Positions 20,270-30,490 of a stretch of 64,000 nucleotides of DNA are shown piece by piece. The notes beneath the pieces are model-generated. The model worked only from the letters and a program-made list of their open reading frames with translations. It searched no databases and was not told the origin of the DNA. The translations under genes and the position numbers were made by a program. Origin of the DNA: an uncultured Nitrospiraceae bacterium (lineage in GTDB: Bacteria > Nitrospirota > Nitrospiria > Nitrospirales > Nitrospiraceae); contig CAVSTP010000002.1 of NCBI GenBank assembly GCA_963730935.1, forward strand, positions 288,001 to 352,000. Direction: 5' to 3'. Position 1 is the stretch's first letter, and every line of letters begins with the position of its first letter.

Positions 20270-21661
20270 CTACTGAACAGCGAGAACTTCATTTACAACA
20301 GAGCGCAGACAGTCCGCGATCGCGGCATTGGCTTGCGGAGAGTAGTGATTACCCGAAGCAACAAGCCGATCAGCAGGGGGTGACTTCAGCAGACAGGGCA
20401 CGAGATCCGCAGGCTCAATGTCAGCCTTCTGCAACACTTGCCTGCCGGTGCCCACAGGTGAAATTGCCTTTTCCAGCTCGATCGGTGCCGGTAAGTAAAC
20501 GACAATCGGGATGGCCCCCGCTTGTGCTGCCGACTGAAGAAACGCCTTCAAAATAGATGTATTAACCGCTACAAGCGCATCATCAGACACCTCGGGATTT
20601 GGCCGCGACCAGCTGGAGTAATGGGATACGAACAGCCGAGCTAAAAAGGAGACATGATAGGGCTTGTACTGCCAGTCGCTTTCTTTGTAGCCGACCTCGT
20701 ACTCCAGAAAGGGCAGCTCAGAAATCGATGCCTTTGAAAAGATAGTTTCAGGAGAAAGAGCAGGAACATTCATTTCCTTGACCCCCCCATCACGAATAAT
20801 AAATCGAGGTTTGGAAAAGGGGTAGTTCCAATCACGATGTGAGAGAAAAGTGTAAACCATCATTGTTCGCCTCACAGCACCGGCATTGATGGCGAACATC
20901 ACGATCCTTGGTTTCCAGAGACGGACATCCCTGTCAAACCGGAGAAATTCCTGGTCTACACCATACCCTGGTACCCCAAAGTTCAAAACTTGAAACTCCG
21001 AACCTAACGACTTCTCCAAAACGTATCCCCACGTATCCTCGTACGCTACTTCCAGACCAAAGGTATAAGAGTCTCCAAGCAGAGCAATTCGTATCTTCTC
21101 TCCATGCTTGGTGAGTCCAGTGTCTGAATGAGGAATCCGTATTCCGCTTGAGTCCGTAGAATAAAGCGTGTCGGCCTTCGCTCTGTCAGGACCGACGGTC
21201 CAACCTAGGATGGCATCATGCACCAGGTAAGACAGGTCCCCCGATGGGTGGGAAATAAGCTCGCGATGGTGCAGAGCCACCTTTGACCAATCCAGCGGCC
21301 TTAAGACTGTGCCTAAAAGGACTTCGTTCTCTTGGGAACTGATAGCGTTCGCCCTCAGGGTAATCTCGACGATCAAGAGAAATAGTGTCACGGTGAGGAG
21401 GCTTATCACGGCAACGCGACGGAAGTGGTGAGTGAGTGTTCGTGCACTTGCGAGATACTGCTGGGTAATGACTGCCACGGCTCCGAGTAGGACGCCGATT
21501 GCGACAAGAAAACTTACGCCTGGTTTGCTGGATAAGAATATAAAAAAAGGTCTCTCACCTTTCATGTAAATCGCAATCACAAGGACTATAAGCGCCAATT
21601 CGGAAAGGAAGAGGGCAAAAAGGAGCAGCAGCGTTTTGGGGTGTCTGAGACTCGTGGGCAT
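20270..21661 (-). CDS. Membrane-anchored SGNH/GDSL hydrolase-family protein
   Basis: Three N-terminal TM segments; LGDSYTFG, NFGVPGYG and C-terminal NHYS blocks. Confidence 0.85.
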   Translation of the reverse strand: MPTSLRHPKTLLLLFALFLSELALIVLVIAIYMKGERPFFIFLSSKPGVSFLVAIGVLLGAVAVITQQYLASARTLTHHFRRVAVISLLTVTLFLLIVEITLRANAISSQENEVLLGTVLRPLDWSKVALHHRELISHPSGDLSYLVHDAILGWTVGPDRAKADTLYSTDSSGIRIPHSDTGLTKHGEKIRIALLGDSYTFGLEVAYEDTWGYVLEKSLGSEFQVLNFGVPGYGVDQEFLRFDRDVRLWKPRIVMFAINAGAVRRTMMVYTFLSHRDWNYPFSKPRFIIRDGGVKEMNVPALSPETIFSKASISELPFLEYEVGYKESDWQYKPYHVSFLARLFVSHYSSWSRPNPEVSDDALVAVNTSILKAFLQSAAQAGAIPIVVYLPAPIELEKAISPVGTGRQVLQKADIEPADLVPCLLKSPPADRLVASGNHYSPQANAAIADCLRSVVNEVLAVQ

Positions 21662-21747
21662 CCTAAGATGACAAGTACCGAGGCGTATTACTGTTTGTCT
21701 ACGTGACTTTTTACCTTCGTGATAGAAATCTTGAAGGAAAGATAACT

Positions 21748-21822
21748 TGGTGCGCCCGGTAAGAATTGGACCTGAAAGATGCGGGTTCGAAGCCCGACGC
21801 TCTCCGACTGAGCTACTGGCGC
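21748..21822 (-). pseudogene. Degenerate full-length tRNA-Arg(UCG) copy
   Basis: GCGCCAG-TA-GCTC/GAGC D arm, CTTCGAA anticodon loop, CCA end; but A6-G67 mismatch, T-loop TCC and a poorly paired T stem. Confidence 0.8.
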
Positions 21823-22226
21823 CGAAGCTATTTCAAGCACTTTTCCTAAGAAATTGTCAAGGATATGTGCAGAGACCGTCTCTTTGAAATGATATCCGCT
21901 GAAGACCCCGGCCACCGAATGGATGCAGGGCATTTTTCCGGGACATCGCGCTGATCGGCAGCGGTCGTATGCTTGAATGCGAAGCCCGCTGGTCAAAAAA
22001 TGGCATAAATGGCTGGAGCAACCACGCTTCCTTCAAGAAAGAAGGCAAGTGCACTTAATAGTAGGAGCACAAAAACAACTGGTGCCAGCCAATAGGACCT
22101 ATTCTCTTTGAGATAAATTCCAAATTCGTGGATCAGGCTGAAATGATCTTTCATTTTTGAAATTGTGTCCATCGATTCCTCCTCGATAAATCGCCATCAG
22201 GCTGCACAGCTTCAGCAGAAATCGGG

Positions 22227-23486
22227 TTAGACCGGCACCGCAGGCATCTTTTTGTCCTTAGATGTGGAAGACCAGCGCTTGGCGTACAAGCAGCACTCCC
22301 TAAACAGGATGAATGAGAGGATGGCACCGGGATAGAACCAGAATCCCCCGAATCGAGAGGTTACACCGCCGCACACGAGCGCCACGATAATCGACATGAA
22401 ATCGGCCACCGGCCCCAGCGGGTCAAATACCTGCATGTGCCTGGCAGTCGTGAGAAACCCGTCTTTACGAACCACCTCCTGCTGCCACGGTCGTTTTTCA
22501 TACGGCTTAAGGCGATCGGTTTGCGGCACAGCCGGCGCAGCGGTATCCATGAGAACGTTGGTATCGCAGGCATCAATGCATGCATAGCACTTTATGCAAT
22601 CGCGATTGATCACCTTGCCATCAAAGTGGAAGATCTCCCTGCTGACATCGATGCCCTGGGGACAGGCATTACTACAATCGCGACAGCCGTTACACTGCGC
22701 CACACGCGTGATTTTTTTCTGTACCGGTGAGATGTTCATCAGGGGGGCCATCATCGGTGCATAGGGACACAAGATCCGGCAGAAGGCCCCCTGTCCATAG
22801 CGTAGGTTCAGCACGATGCTCATCGTAAATTGAATAAACACGGCCAAGCCAAACGCCAGTACGATATCACTCCAGGTCGGCTTGATTTCAAAATTGAAGA
22901 AGGCAGTCTCTGCGAAGGCTTTGCCTCCGTAGCCGGGGTTATCAGCAAGTGGCGATGGCGCCATCACGTTGACCTTAGGAGAGAACCCGACATTGTGAAT
23001 CAGAATGATGACCGGCAACAGGAGCACAAAAAAAGCACCGATTCTTAAGAGCCATCGATGCGGCGTGTTGACCAGCACATTCTTTTCGCGCAATTTCAGA
23101 TACTGACGGACTTTGAGCTTTCGTAAGATCCAGTCCGCGAATTCGATTGCGCCTCGCATGTGGCAGACCCAGCCACAAAATCCTCGCCCATAGAAGAAGA
23201 TTGAACCTAAAATCAAGAGCACCATAATCGAGGCCGCGTTGATGGTTCCGTTGGCGAGAGAGGGCACCCCCATCATCGCGGTCTTGCCCCAAATCTTGAT
23301 GTCGAACACATGCCATAAAAGAATATGCAGCGCGATATAGCCATGCACGGCGGCCAGCGCAATCATGCGATACCTGTGGCGCTTGGTCGGGGGCAAGTTC
23401 AAAGGCCGATGAAGATGGCAACTGGGGGCATCGGAGCCGACTGGACGTTTCTCGATGACGATGAGATTGCTTTGTGAGGACGACAT
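22227..23486 (-). CDS. Membrane 4Fe-4S polyferredoxin (NapH/MauN-like)
   Basis: GRGFCGWVCH, FCRILCPY, CNGCRDCSNACP and CIKCYACIDAC motifs with TM helices. Confidence 0.88.
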   Translation of the reverse strand: MSSSQSNLIVIEKRPVGSDAPSCHLHRPLNLPPTKRHRYRMIALAAVHGYIALHILLWHVFDIKIWGKTAMMGVPSLANGTINAASIMVLLILGSIFFYGRGFCGWVCHMRGAIEFADWILRKLKVRQYLKLREKNVLVNTPHRWLLRIGAFFVLLLPVIILIHNVGFSPKVNVMAPSPLADNPGYGGKAFAETAFFNFEIKPTWSDIVLAFGLAVFIQFTMSIVLNLRYGQGAFCRILCPYAPMMAPLMNISPVQKKITRVAQCNGCRDCSNACPQGIDVSREIFHFDGKVINRDCIKCYACIDACDTNVLMDTAAPAVPQTDRLKPYEKRPWQQEVVRKDGFLTTARHMQVFDPLGPVADFMSIIVALVCGGVTSRFGGFWFYPGAILSFILFRECCLYAKRWSSTSKDKKMPAVPV

Positions 23487-23702
23487 CCCCGTAAGCTTCC
23501 AGGTTGTACGCAGACTATAGTGTATGTATTAAGACAAAAACATTATTCTGAAGGTGGGCAGTACTAGTTCGTAGGATGGCCCGAAGGCGGTGCCGAACAT
23601 GCGTCGCAGTTCTTCGTTCATGAACAAGTCCTGGATGTGCTGGATGATTCCGCTTCAATGAGTGCGCGGTAGGATGATTGTTTCCCACCGGTAAAAGAGT
23701 GC

Positions 23703-24974
23703 ATGAAGGTGCTTCACCAAATCATAGAAAGATTGGCTGCCAGCGAATTCCAAAGTACCATGCGGGTTGATAAGAGGGAGCAATTGAAGGACTTTAGAGA
23801 AGAGAGCCTCATGCGCTCAAGAAGCGGACACATGCTGGTCGCCCTATCTGCGTGGACGATCTTACTACTCGCAGCCACCCATCGTTCGGAACAGCCTGAG
23901 GTGTTCGGGCTCTATAGTTGGAGGTATGTCTACCTCCTTGCCGCGTTCGTTGGTGCCGCCTGTACGATCTCGCTCACCAAGCCTACGTGGTTGGTCCAGC
24001 TCTGGCAGGCCAGAGCCAAGATCTTCATCAGCGGTGCATCATTGCTCTTGACGATTTGTTTAGCTGAGTTGGGTATTCGTGCCGTTGATGCCTACGGCGT
24101 CTCTTACTACGAATCAGTTAGCGAGTACATGCGGAACATGGAAGCAGATTCCTTTAGGGTCTACCGTCACAAGGCCTCTTCAGAACAAAGATATGGCAAT
24201 GTAACCGTGACGTATAATGAGAAGGGATTGCGCGATCTTCCTATTCTTCCAAAAGCTGAAGGGGAATTTAGAATTCTCACTCTTGGAGACTCGATCGTTT
24301 ACGGATGGGGCGTGCCACAGGACCAGATCTTTACCGTAAGGCTCGAGCAGTTGCTGCAAAGCCGCCTGGGAGGCATGGTACGGGTCATTAATACCGGAGT
24401 AGGTGGGTATAACACCGTTCAAGAGGTGAGGTATTTCAAACAGGAAGGGATCACATTTCACCCCGATTTGGTGGTGTTGACCTATGTCGAGAATGACATC
24501 GAAGAAACTCCTTCATATCTGATCTCTGATGTGGATGCGCGTGCACAGTCGTTTCCAGAATTGGTGGTAAGGACGTTGCAGAAATTATGGCTTTATCGAC
24601 TGGTCGATCATGTGCAGCGCTATGGCTTCCATGTGCGGGAGGATGATCGGCCGATGCGTTTATCGGGCCGTAAAGGATGGAATGATTCAATGTCAGCAAT
24701 AAACGAACTCGTGTCAATGTGTGGAGCGCACAACATACCCCTCATGATCTTCTACTACAGATTAAGAGTCGATACTGAGAATCCGTTGCTACATGACGTC
24801 GTATCGCATGCGAAGGGCGTGCCGGTCAAAGATGTCGGCCAATGGTTTGCCGGACATGATATCTCTACGCTGATAATCTCTAAGGTAGATCCTCACCCTA
24901 ATGCTGAAGCCCACCAAATGATGGCTGAACACATGGCCGTCGACATTCAGCACTTCATCGTCACGCCGAGATGA
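23703..24974 (+). CDS. SGNH/GDSL hydrolase-family membrane protein
   Basis: LGDSIVYG, NTGVGGY, VENDI, DPHPN blocks; true start may be 23811. Confidence 0.85.
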   Translation: MKVLHQIIERLAASEFQSTMRVDKREQLKDFREESLMRSRSGHMLVALSAWTILLLAATHRSEQPEVFGLYSWRYVYLLAAFVGAACTISLTKPTWLVQLWQARAKIFISGASLLLTICLAELGIRAVDAYGVSYYESVSEYMRNMEADSFRVYRHKASSEQRYGNVTVTYNEKGLRDLPILPKAEGEFRILTLGDSIVYGWGVPQDQIFTVRLEQLLQSRLGGMVRVINTGVGGYNTVQEVRYFKQEGITFHPDLVVLTYVENDIEETPSYLISDVDARAQSFPELVVRTLQKLWLYRLVDHVQRYGFHVREDDRPMRLSGRKGWNDSMSAINELVSMCGAHNIPLMIFYYRLRVDTENPLLHDVVSHAKGVPVKDVGQWFAGHDISTLIISKVDPHPNAEAHQMMAEHMAVDIQHFIVTPR

Positions 24975-25110
24975 TTCAAGCAGACTAACCAAGGCGAGCA
25001 AGTCAGGGACTTCTCCGCAGTTCTTCAAGATTTCATCTGAAGGCATTCGCAAGAAGACCCTGCAATTTCCGTTGGGTAGTCAATACGCTCCACAACCGCC
25101 AAGATCGATG

Positions 25111-26478
25111 CTACATCCCTGGCGCAGGGAACGATGCGACAGCACTATCTGCTACCAGCACCCAGTCTCCAGTGGTCGGGGGAGTAAAATGTTGCGGCGT
25201 GTTGGTGGGAAAGGTTCCAATCTGGGTTGCCGCTCCGGTGCTGGGATCATACCACCACGCAATCATCCTGCTTCCAGTAAGGCAATCCCCGCTCACGGTG
25301 ATCGCACGGGATGATGGCAGGTAGGCGATGATCGAGGTCCCATCAGAGGCACAAGCCGCTGAGGCGTAGTCTGTGCTCCCGAACGTTCCATTCCCGGCCA
25401 TAATGACGGTCTGAGACGTGTCGGGGATGAGAGTCTGCCAATGGCGGGAATGAAATAACGCCCCGAAATGCTGCATACTCAGGGAACCTGGGCTCTCAAG
25501 TTGCGCTCGCCAATCCGTGAGAGGAGCGCAGTCCGAGCCTGCAAAGCCGAACCCCCAAAGCGGGCAGTTCCCAAACATATGACCGAATCCTCCGCTGAGG
25601 ACGGTCCAATAGGATTGCGCGCGGATCGCCTGAGCATCCCGAGCCTTGACATTTTCGTACTGTGATTCTATGAGAAAAAATGGCTTGGCGGGAGAGATCC
25701 TATGGGCATCAAGGGCTTGCTCATAGTCGATGCCCTCGGTGTAAGTGCTGTTGATAGTGAGCCAGTCGGCCCCGGACCATGGTGTCACAGCCATAACTCC
25801 CCGCGCGTTGTGGACGGTGAACGAGTGGCGTGTGTCTTTCGATCGAATACCATCGATCATTGCCTCTAACTTTGACTTTACAGGGGTTGGGTCTGCATCC
25901 CCACCTATCACCCAAACGATATTTTCGTAATTGGCGTAGCGGCTCCCGACATATTCGCCCCATCCCCTCATCTCCGATTCGGTCGCGTTTTTCACTTCCG
26001 CACACCAGCCGCCATCGTCATCGCCGCACTCAAAGCCGAGGAACACTGGGAATAGGAACACGGCAAGCCCTTTCTCGGCCGCCATTCTCAGAACCTTATC
26101 TGCATGGGTGAAGTACTCTTCACGCGGCGTGGTGAAGGGTTTCCCGGTAAAGGCTGTGAATCCATCCACGTTTGCAGGGGCATTGGGCGCAAACCTTCTT
26201 TCGAGGAGATTGGCGAGCACTGCCGTGAAGCCATGCTGCTTCCGATTCTCGAGGTAGAACTCTGCGTCCGCAGCAGAGAGTGCGGAGAACAATGACCAGG
26301 CCGAATCGCCGACGAGGAGGAACACCTTCGCGCTCTGATCAACCAAATGGCGCGCCGTTGGTGCCACCGTAAGCGGATAGCTGTACGCCGTAGCAGCAGT
26401 GGAGGTAGGGTTTTCGTCACCGCCACCACATGACAAAAGTAACGCTGAGAGCACAAGAACCATAAGTAATCTCTGCAT
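25111..26478 (-). CDS. DUF4038/apiosidase-like (GH140-type) lipoprotein with C-terminal collagen-binding-like domain
   Basis: Lipobox LLSC; FLLVGDSAW, YLENRKQHGF, NIVWVIGGD, WWYDPSTG...GDWVLV. Confidence 0.8.
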   Translation of the reverse strand: MQRLLMVLVLSALLLSCGGGDENPTSTAATAYSYPLTVAPTARHLVDQSAKVFLLVGDSAWSLFSALSAADAEFYLENRKQHGFTAVLANLLERRFAPNAPANVDGFTAFTGKPFTTPREEYFTHADKVLRMAAEKGLAVFLFPVFLGFECGDDDGGWCAEVKNATESEMRGWGEYVGSRYANYENIVWVIGGDADPTPVKSKLEAMIDGIRSKDTRHSFTVHNARGVMAVTPWSGADWLTINSTYTEGIDYEQALDAHRISPAKPFFLIESQYENVKARDAQAIRAQSYWTVLSGGFGHMFGNCPLWGFGFAGSDCAPLTDWRAQLESPGSLSMQHFGALFHSRHWQTLIPDTSQTVIMAGNGTFGSTDYASAACASDGTSIIAYLPSSRAITVSGDCLTGSRMIAWWYDPSTGAATQIGTFPTNTPQHFTPPTTGDWVLVADSAVASFPAPGM

Positions 26479-27031
26479 GTTAAATCCCCTAAGAGGTAAT
26501 AATCAAAGTTGTCATGCCTGTGCCTGCAGTCCTGTGAAGCCTTCACGAAAGACCTGCCAGTGCAGTTGATCTCAACGGCGCGCTGGGCACCGCAGCCTGT
26601 CTCGTCGCCGTCTATGGTCTAGGTATCGGTGGTGACGGAGGCCAACGCCGGTGGATACACCGATGCAGGCCCGACCTATTCCGGCCAGGAGAGGACTACG
26701 AGTCGAGGAAAGTTAGGCAGAGGGAGGATCAGTTTGGGACGGGCTGGAGGTGTGCCTATCTCTGGCGTAAGGATGGCACATAGTGGACCTACTACTCAGC
26801 ATTGCGACACTTATTCCCGATTACGCTAAATCAGACCCAACCGATGATCCAGCGGATCAGACTTCGGAATGCGGGGGGAGTATACGCAACTTTGCACCAT
26901 TGCGCAACCAAGAAAAAGTGGGCGAGACAGGCACGCCGACTAATGGTTGCCAAAGCTAGATGGAAACCGCAACCCGCGCGACCGACGGCGGTGACTCGAA
27001 TCAGTAGCGGACCGCAATGCTTGATAATTAC

Positions 27032-27078
27032 TGGTGCGCCCGGCAGGAATTGAACCTGAGACCTGCGGATTCGAAGTC
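27032..27078 (-). repeat. 3' half of tRNA-Arg(UCG), att-site remnant
   Basis: Minus strand GACTTCGAATCCGCAGGTCTCAGGTTCAATTCCTGCCGGGCGCACCA, anticodon loop to CCA. Confidence 0.85.
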
Positions 27079-27099
27079 ACTTTCCGAAGTGGTGGAAAC

Positions 27100-27279
27100 A
27101 CAGGATAACCGCATGAACACTGACACTTCAGCAGGCAGGTAACGGCGGAACGCCTCCACTCCCTCAAGCACGTTCAGTCCTCGTATGATGGCTTCAGATC
27201 CGGCGTGCAGGACAACCTGGTCCCACTGCACAAGCTTTCCATTCATGTATGCAATCTCAGGTCGTTTTAATTGGGCCAC
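27100..27279 (-). pseudogene. N-terminal fragment of a class IV (branched-chain-type) aminotransferase
   Basis: AYMNGKLVQWDQVVLH...GLNVLEGVEAF resembles the IlvE N-terminus; ORF runs into the tRNA remnant. Confidence 0.7.
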
Positions 27280-27312
27280 AGTTCCCTCCCCTGAATTCCT
27301 TCCTTCACAGGG

Positions 27313-28146
27313 CTATCGATAACTTCTTGTCGCACGGACAAGGTCTGCCGGAGTGCCGATGTCGATATAGCTACCATTGGAAAATGGCACGCATTCGACC
27401 GGCATTCCACTGTCTACAGCCGATCGGAACACCGCGCCGACCGGCACATCACCCTGTGCGTCAATTCGGAGGTCCGCCCCGAAATTATTTTTATCGGATC
27501 TCATGAATTCATGCAGAAAACGTGTGAACTCCGGCGTCCAGACCGCACAAGCCCAGGCAAACTGCAGGTGGGTCGCTTCTGGCTTGAGCAAGACCGACTG
27601 AACACGGCCAAGAGAGTCATACTCGATCATATCCATGGCACGACAATCATGCGCCGCAGGGAAGAGGCCTAAGACCACTTCGGACCTGCCTTCGTTTAAC
27701 CGCGCAATCAGTTGCTGAAATAGATCCGCGGGCTCCAATAAAATATCCGGGAACCCGAACGCGACGATATGCTCCTTTGTGAAGGGATATGCACGGTCGA
27801 CGCTATCTGGGGGACCGGAGGAGCCTGAAATCACTACATAAGCCAGATCCATTCCGATGCGACGGCCATCACCAAAGTAGGTTGGGATATCCCACTTGCC
27901 GTCACGAATGATCACATAGGTTTTGGTGACTCCGGCGGATTTCAGCCTATCGAGCAAATACTCGGCAGCAACTTTCGGTCGAGGTTTGCAGGTTTCGCTA
28001 TCCGTGATGATTCCAACAGGAAACAACTCCTTGCTGCAGGGCAACAGACCGAGCCTTCTCGACCAACCAGCTGCAGGCACGACGCCGACCACTTCTCGAT
28101 CTCGCACTTTCACCGGATTGCACACCGCATCTTCTAGGTCGCCCAT
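27313..28146 (-). CDS. Sugar-1-phosphate nucleotidyltransferase-family protein (RmlA-like)
   Basis: GVVPAAGWSRRLGLLPCSKELFPV, FGFPDIL, YIDIGTP. Confidence 0.85.
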   Translation of the reverse strand: MGDLEDAVCNPVKVRDREVVGVVPAAGWSRRLGLLPCSKELFPVGIITDSETCKPRPKVAAEYLLDRLKSAGVTKTYVIIRDGKWDIPTYFGDGRRIGMDLAYVVISGSSGPPDSVDRAYPFTKEHIVAFGFPDILLEPADLFQQLIARLNEGRSEVVLGLFPAAHDCRAMDMIEYDSLGRVQSVLLKPEATHLQFAWACAVWTPEFTRFLHEFMRSDKNNFGADLRIDAQGDVPVGAVFRSAVDSGMPVECVPFSNGSYIDIGTPADLVRATRSYR

Positions 28147-28154
28147 CCCTCGGG

Positions 28155-29078
28155 CTAAGCTACCTGATAAACCTTGTCGCCCTTGGCCACGGTGTTGTCG
28201 TCATAGAGCCTCACGATCTCCTCAGGAATCCGCGTAGTTAAATCCGCTCCTCGCAGGTAGTCTCTCATGGTTGTTCCCGTAGACTCTTCGTCAACTCGAG
28301 GCGCTCCCCGCCTCTGGGCTGCGTCTTCACTGTTCACGACTCTGAAATCGATACTGAAGCGTGTTTTTCCGGACGTATTCGGCACGCTCGAATGCAGCTG
28401 CGCCCCCGAAAATAGAATGATTCCTCCCGCCGGTACGAGAAGCCGAATCTGCGGATCCATTTCGATGGGCTCGGTCGGTCGAGAAAGCGGGCGCGTGTCT
28501 GCCTTCAACATTTGAGCGACATGCGTGCCCCGGTGCTGTTTATTCCACTCATAATAGTTATGGCCGCTGGAATCATTCTTGACGGCACGGTTCCAATATT
28601 TGGGATGGAAGGCCATCGCATTGTCGGACTGTATATCGTAAATGGGGATCCACCAATTGATCTGGCAAGAAGGAGCTGAGTACCACGTGTCGCGATGTGG
28701 ATGCCATGCATAGGCGATCCCAGTCGTCAGAAAGCCATCACTGGTCGAACTCCGCATCTTTGGTACATCGAAGTAGGTCTCACTTAAGTCGGCACCCATA
28801 TCCGCCAGGATGTTCTGGAGATGTTGCTTGGAATCCGGGTGGTGGATAAAAGATGGCTTCAACCTCCCCAATACTTCGGCATATTGCTCAACCGGGATGT
28901 GGTACTGGGCTGTTTCAGGATCCAAGGGGGCAAATGCCTCCTCAATGAGCTTGCGCGCATGCTGAATGAATGCCAGCGTGCTAGGCCTCGGAGAAAAGAC
29001 AAACAGTTGTCCTTCAAAAATCTCTTGGCGCCGCTTGTCGTCTGAGAGAGGGGAGTCATAGTACACCGTGTTGTTCAT
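28155..29078 (-). CDS. Fe(II)/2-oxoglutarate dioxygenase, PhyH-like
   Basis: PHRDTW HxD motif, INWWIP, LHSSVPNTSGKTRFSIDFR distal His/Arg motif. Confidence 0.8.
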   Translation of the reverse strand: MNNTVYYDSPLSDDKRRQEIFEGQLFVFSPRPSTLAFIQHARKLIEEAFAPLDPETAQYHIPVEQYAEVLGRLKPSFIHHPDSKQHLQNILADMGADLSETYFDVPKMRSSTSDGFLTTGIAYAWHPHRDTWYSAPSCQINWWIPIYDIQSDNAMAFHPKYWNRAVKNDSSGHNYYEWNKQHRGTHVAQMLKADTRPLSRPTEPIEMDPQIRLLVPAGGIILFSGAQLHSSVPNTSGKTRFSIDFRVVNSEDAAQRRGAPRVDEESTGTTMRDYLRGADLTTRIPEEIVRLYDDNTVAKGDKVYQVA

Positions 29079-29122
29079 TGTATCCTCCGTCCTTCAAGAA
29101 CAATCCAGCATTCCCATGTCTT

Positions 29123-29347
29123 CTAATACCCCGCAGGCCGCCAAAGATTCGGCCGATTGACGAATCTCCAGAAACGGCATGCCGCTTCGGTCTGATTCAA
29201 TCCAGCTTGTGGAATGAAATTGGGTGAGAATCCACACTTACTGGCCAGCCTTCGAACGGAAACTCTCTCTCGGTGTCGCAAACGCCGAAGTACTTCGCCG
29301 ACGGACTGCTTCAGAGGCACAGTGATGTTTTGAGTCTTGATGCCCAT
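29123..29347 (-). pseudogene. Truncated XRE-family HTH regulator
   Basis: VGEVLRRLRHRERVSVRRLASKCGFSPNFI then degenerate sequence. Confidence 0.55.
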
Positions 29348-29784
29348 GCATCCCTCTTAGATGTGGGAAAATTATCCCAATTGTTGAGGAAAGGGAATAC
29401 CACCTAAGAGGGGTCAGAAGCGGAAAGAAAAGCCGCTATTTACGTGGCCAGGACCATGCCCTTACAGCTCGCCATGCGATTATACAGCGCTTGAGTTAGG
29501 GATAGAGTCCTAAGAAACTGTATTTATAGTGACATCCAATCGTATGTCTAGCCCCTTGACCATCCGCATCGCGCAACTCCTATCATCGTTTTCGTTTTGT
29601 CCAGCATTGTTGGCTGTGGAACGTCTGCTATTAGATGGAATCCCTTGCAGGTGATTGTTGAATAGCAAATGTTGGACGCTGCTGAGGCGCAACGCCTGGC
29701 GAATGCAGAATGCGCAGAGCATAAGCGATTCGCCCGCATGGCAATCAAGGGCGACTCTGGGAAAGGAACCATACGTTTGACCGT

Positions 29785-29862
29785 GTGAAGTAATTCTCCT
29801 GGGGCAGCAACGACTGAGTTAGCTACTCAGTCGGGAGCGCAATCCTGAACGCTCTGCCGCCC
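29785..29862 (+). ncRNA. Candidate structured leader RNA, homologous to 62200-62278
   Basis: Outer stem GGGCAGCA/TGCCGCCC, perfect CGACTGAGT/ACTCAGTCG hairpin; first 28 nt match the reverse complement of 62251-62278 at 25 positions. Confidence 0.45.
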
Positions 29863-30367
29863 ACCCACTGCAACCATGACAACGGATTTGTATGACATGG
29901 TCTATCCAGTACCAGTCAATGGGCCGTTCGACGAACGCTACTTGCATGAAGACATCAAGAAAATGAGCGAATCAGAAATTAAGAGAGAGTGGGAACAGGC
30001 AGGACTTGCCGAATGATGGAACATCAGCCGCACCAATGGCTGGTAGAGAGGATCGATCGACTTCGAGAGGGTTTGAAGCATGCCAACTGATCGATTAAAG
30101 GGCGAACATGCAGAGTAAAAGCAAGAACAGCCGAAGCGCTGTCACGCCGCGGCTGTTAAACCACACCACAAGACACATGGAGCAAGCAATGGCAAGCATA
30201 CAGGAAAGTATATTTACGGGCACCTCATTCCAGGGGGCAATAAAGCGGCGGTTGATCGGCTTGATGGACCTGCGGATAAGGCCAGGCGTGAGGAGGAAAC
30301 CGCAACCCCCGCGCAACCGGCGGGGTTGGGTGGAATCGGCAACAGACCCGAACTGCTTGATTCTATG

Positions 30368-30413
30368 TGGTGCGCCCGGCAGGAATTGAACCTGCGACCT
30401 GCGGGTTCGAAGC
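30368..30413 (-). repeat. 3' half of tRNA-Arg(UCG), att-site remnant
   Basis: GCTTCGAACCCGCAGGTCGCAGGTTCAATTCCTGCCGGGCGCACCA with only a vestigial D arm upstream. Confidence 0.85.
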
Positions 30414-30490
30414 GGACTGCTCTATCAAACTCAGCACATCTAGTGGCTACTCATTCAATGAGTTAACCACCTTTCTCTCTTTTCTTGTCT

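Noticed and set aside
21748..21822. Functional tRNA-Arg
   Set aside because: Acceptor, anticodon and T stems contain mismatches and the T loop reads TCC; the other copies show the ancestral GCAGG-TTCAATT-CCTGC arm
21688..21996. ORFs overlapping tRNA remnants (also 30367-30561)
   Set aside because: They are translations through tRNA-derived sequence
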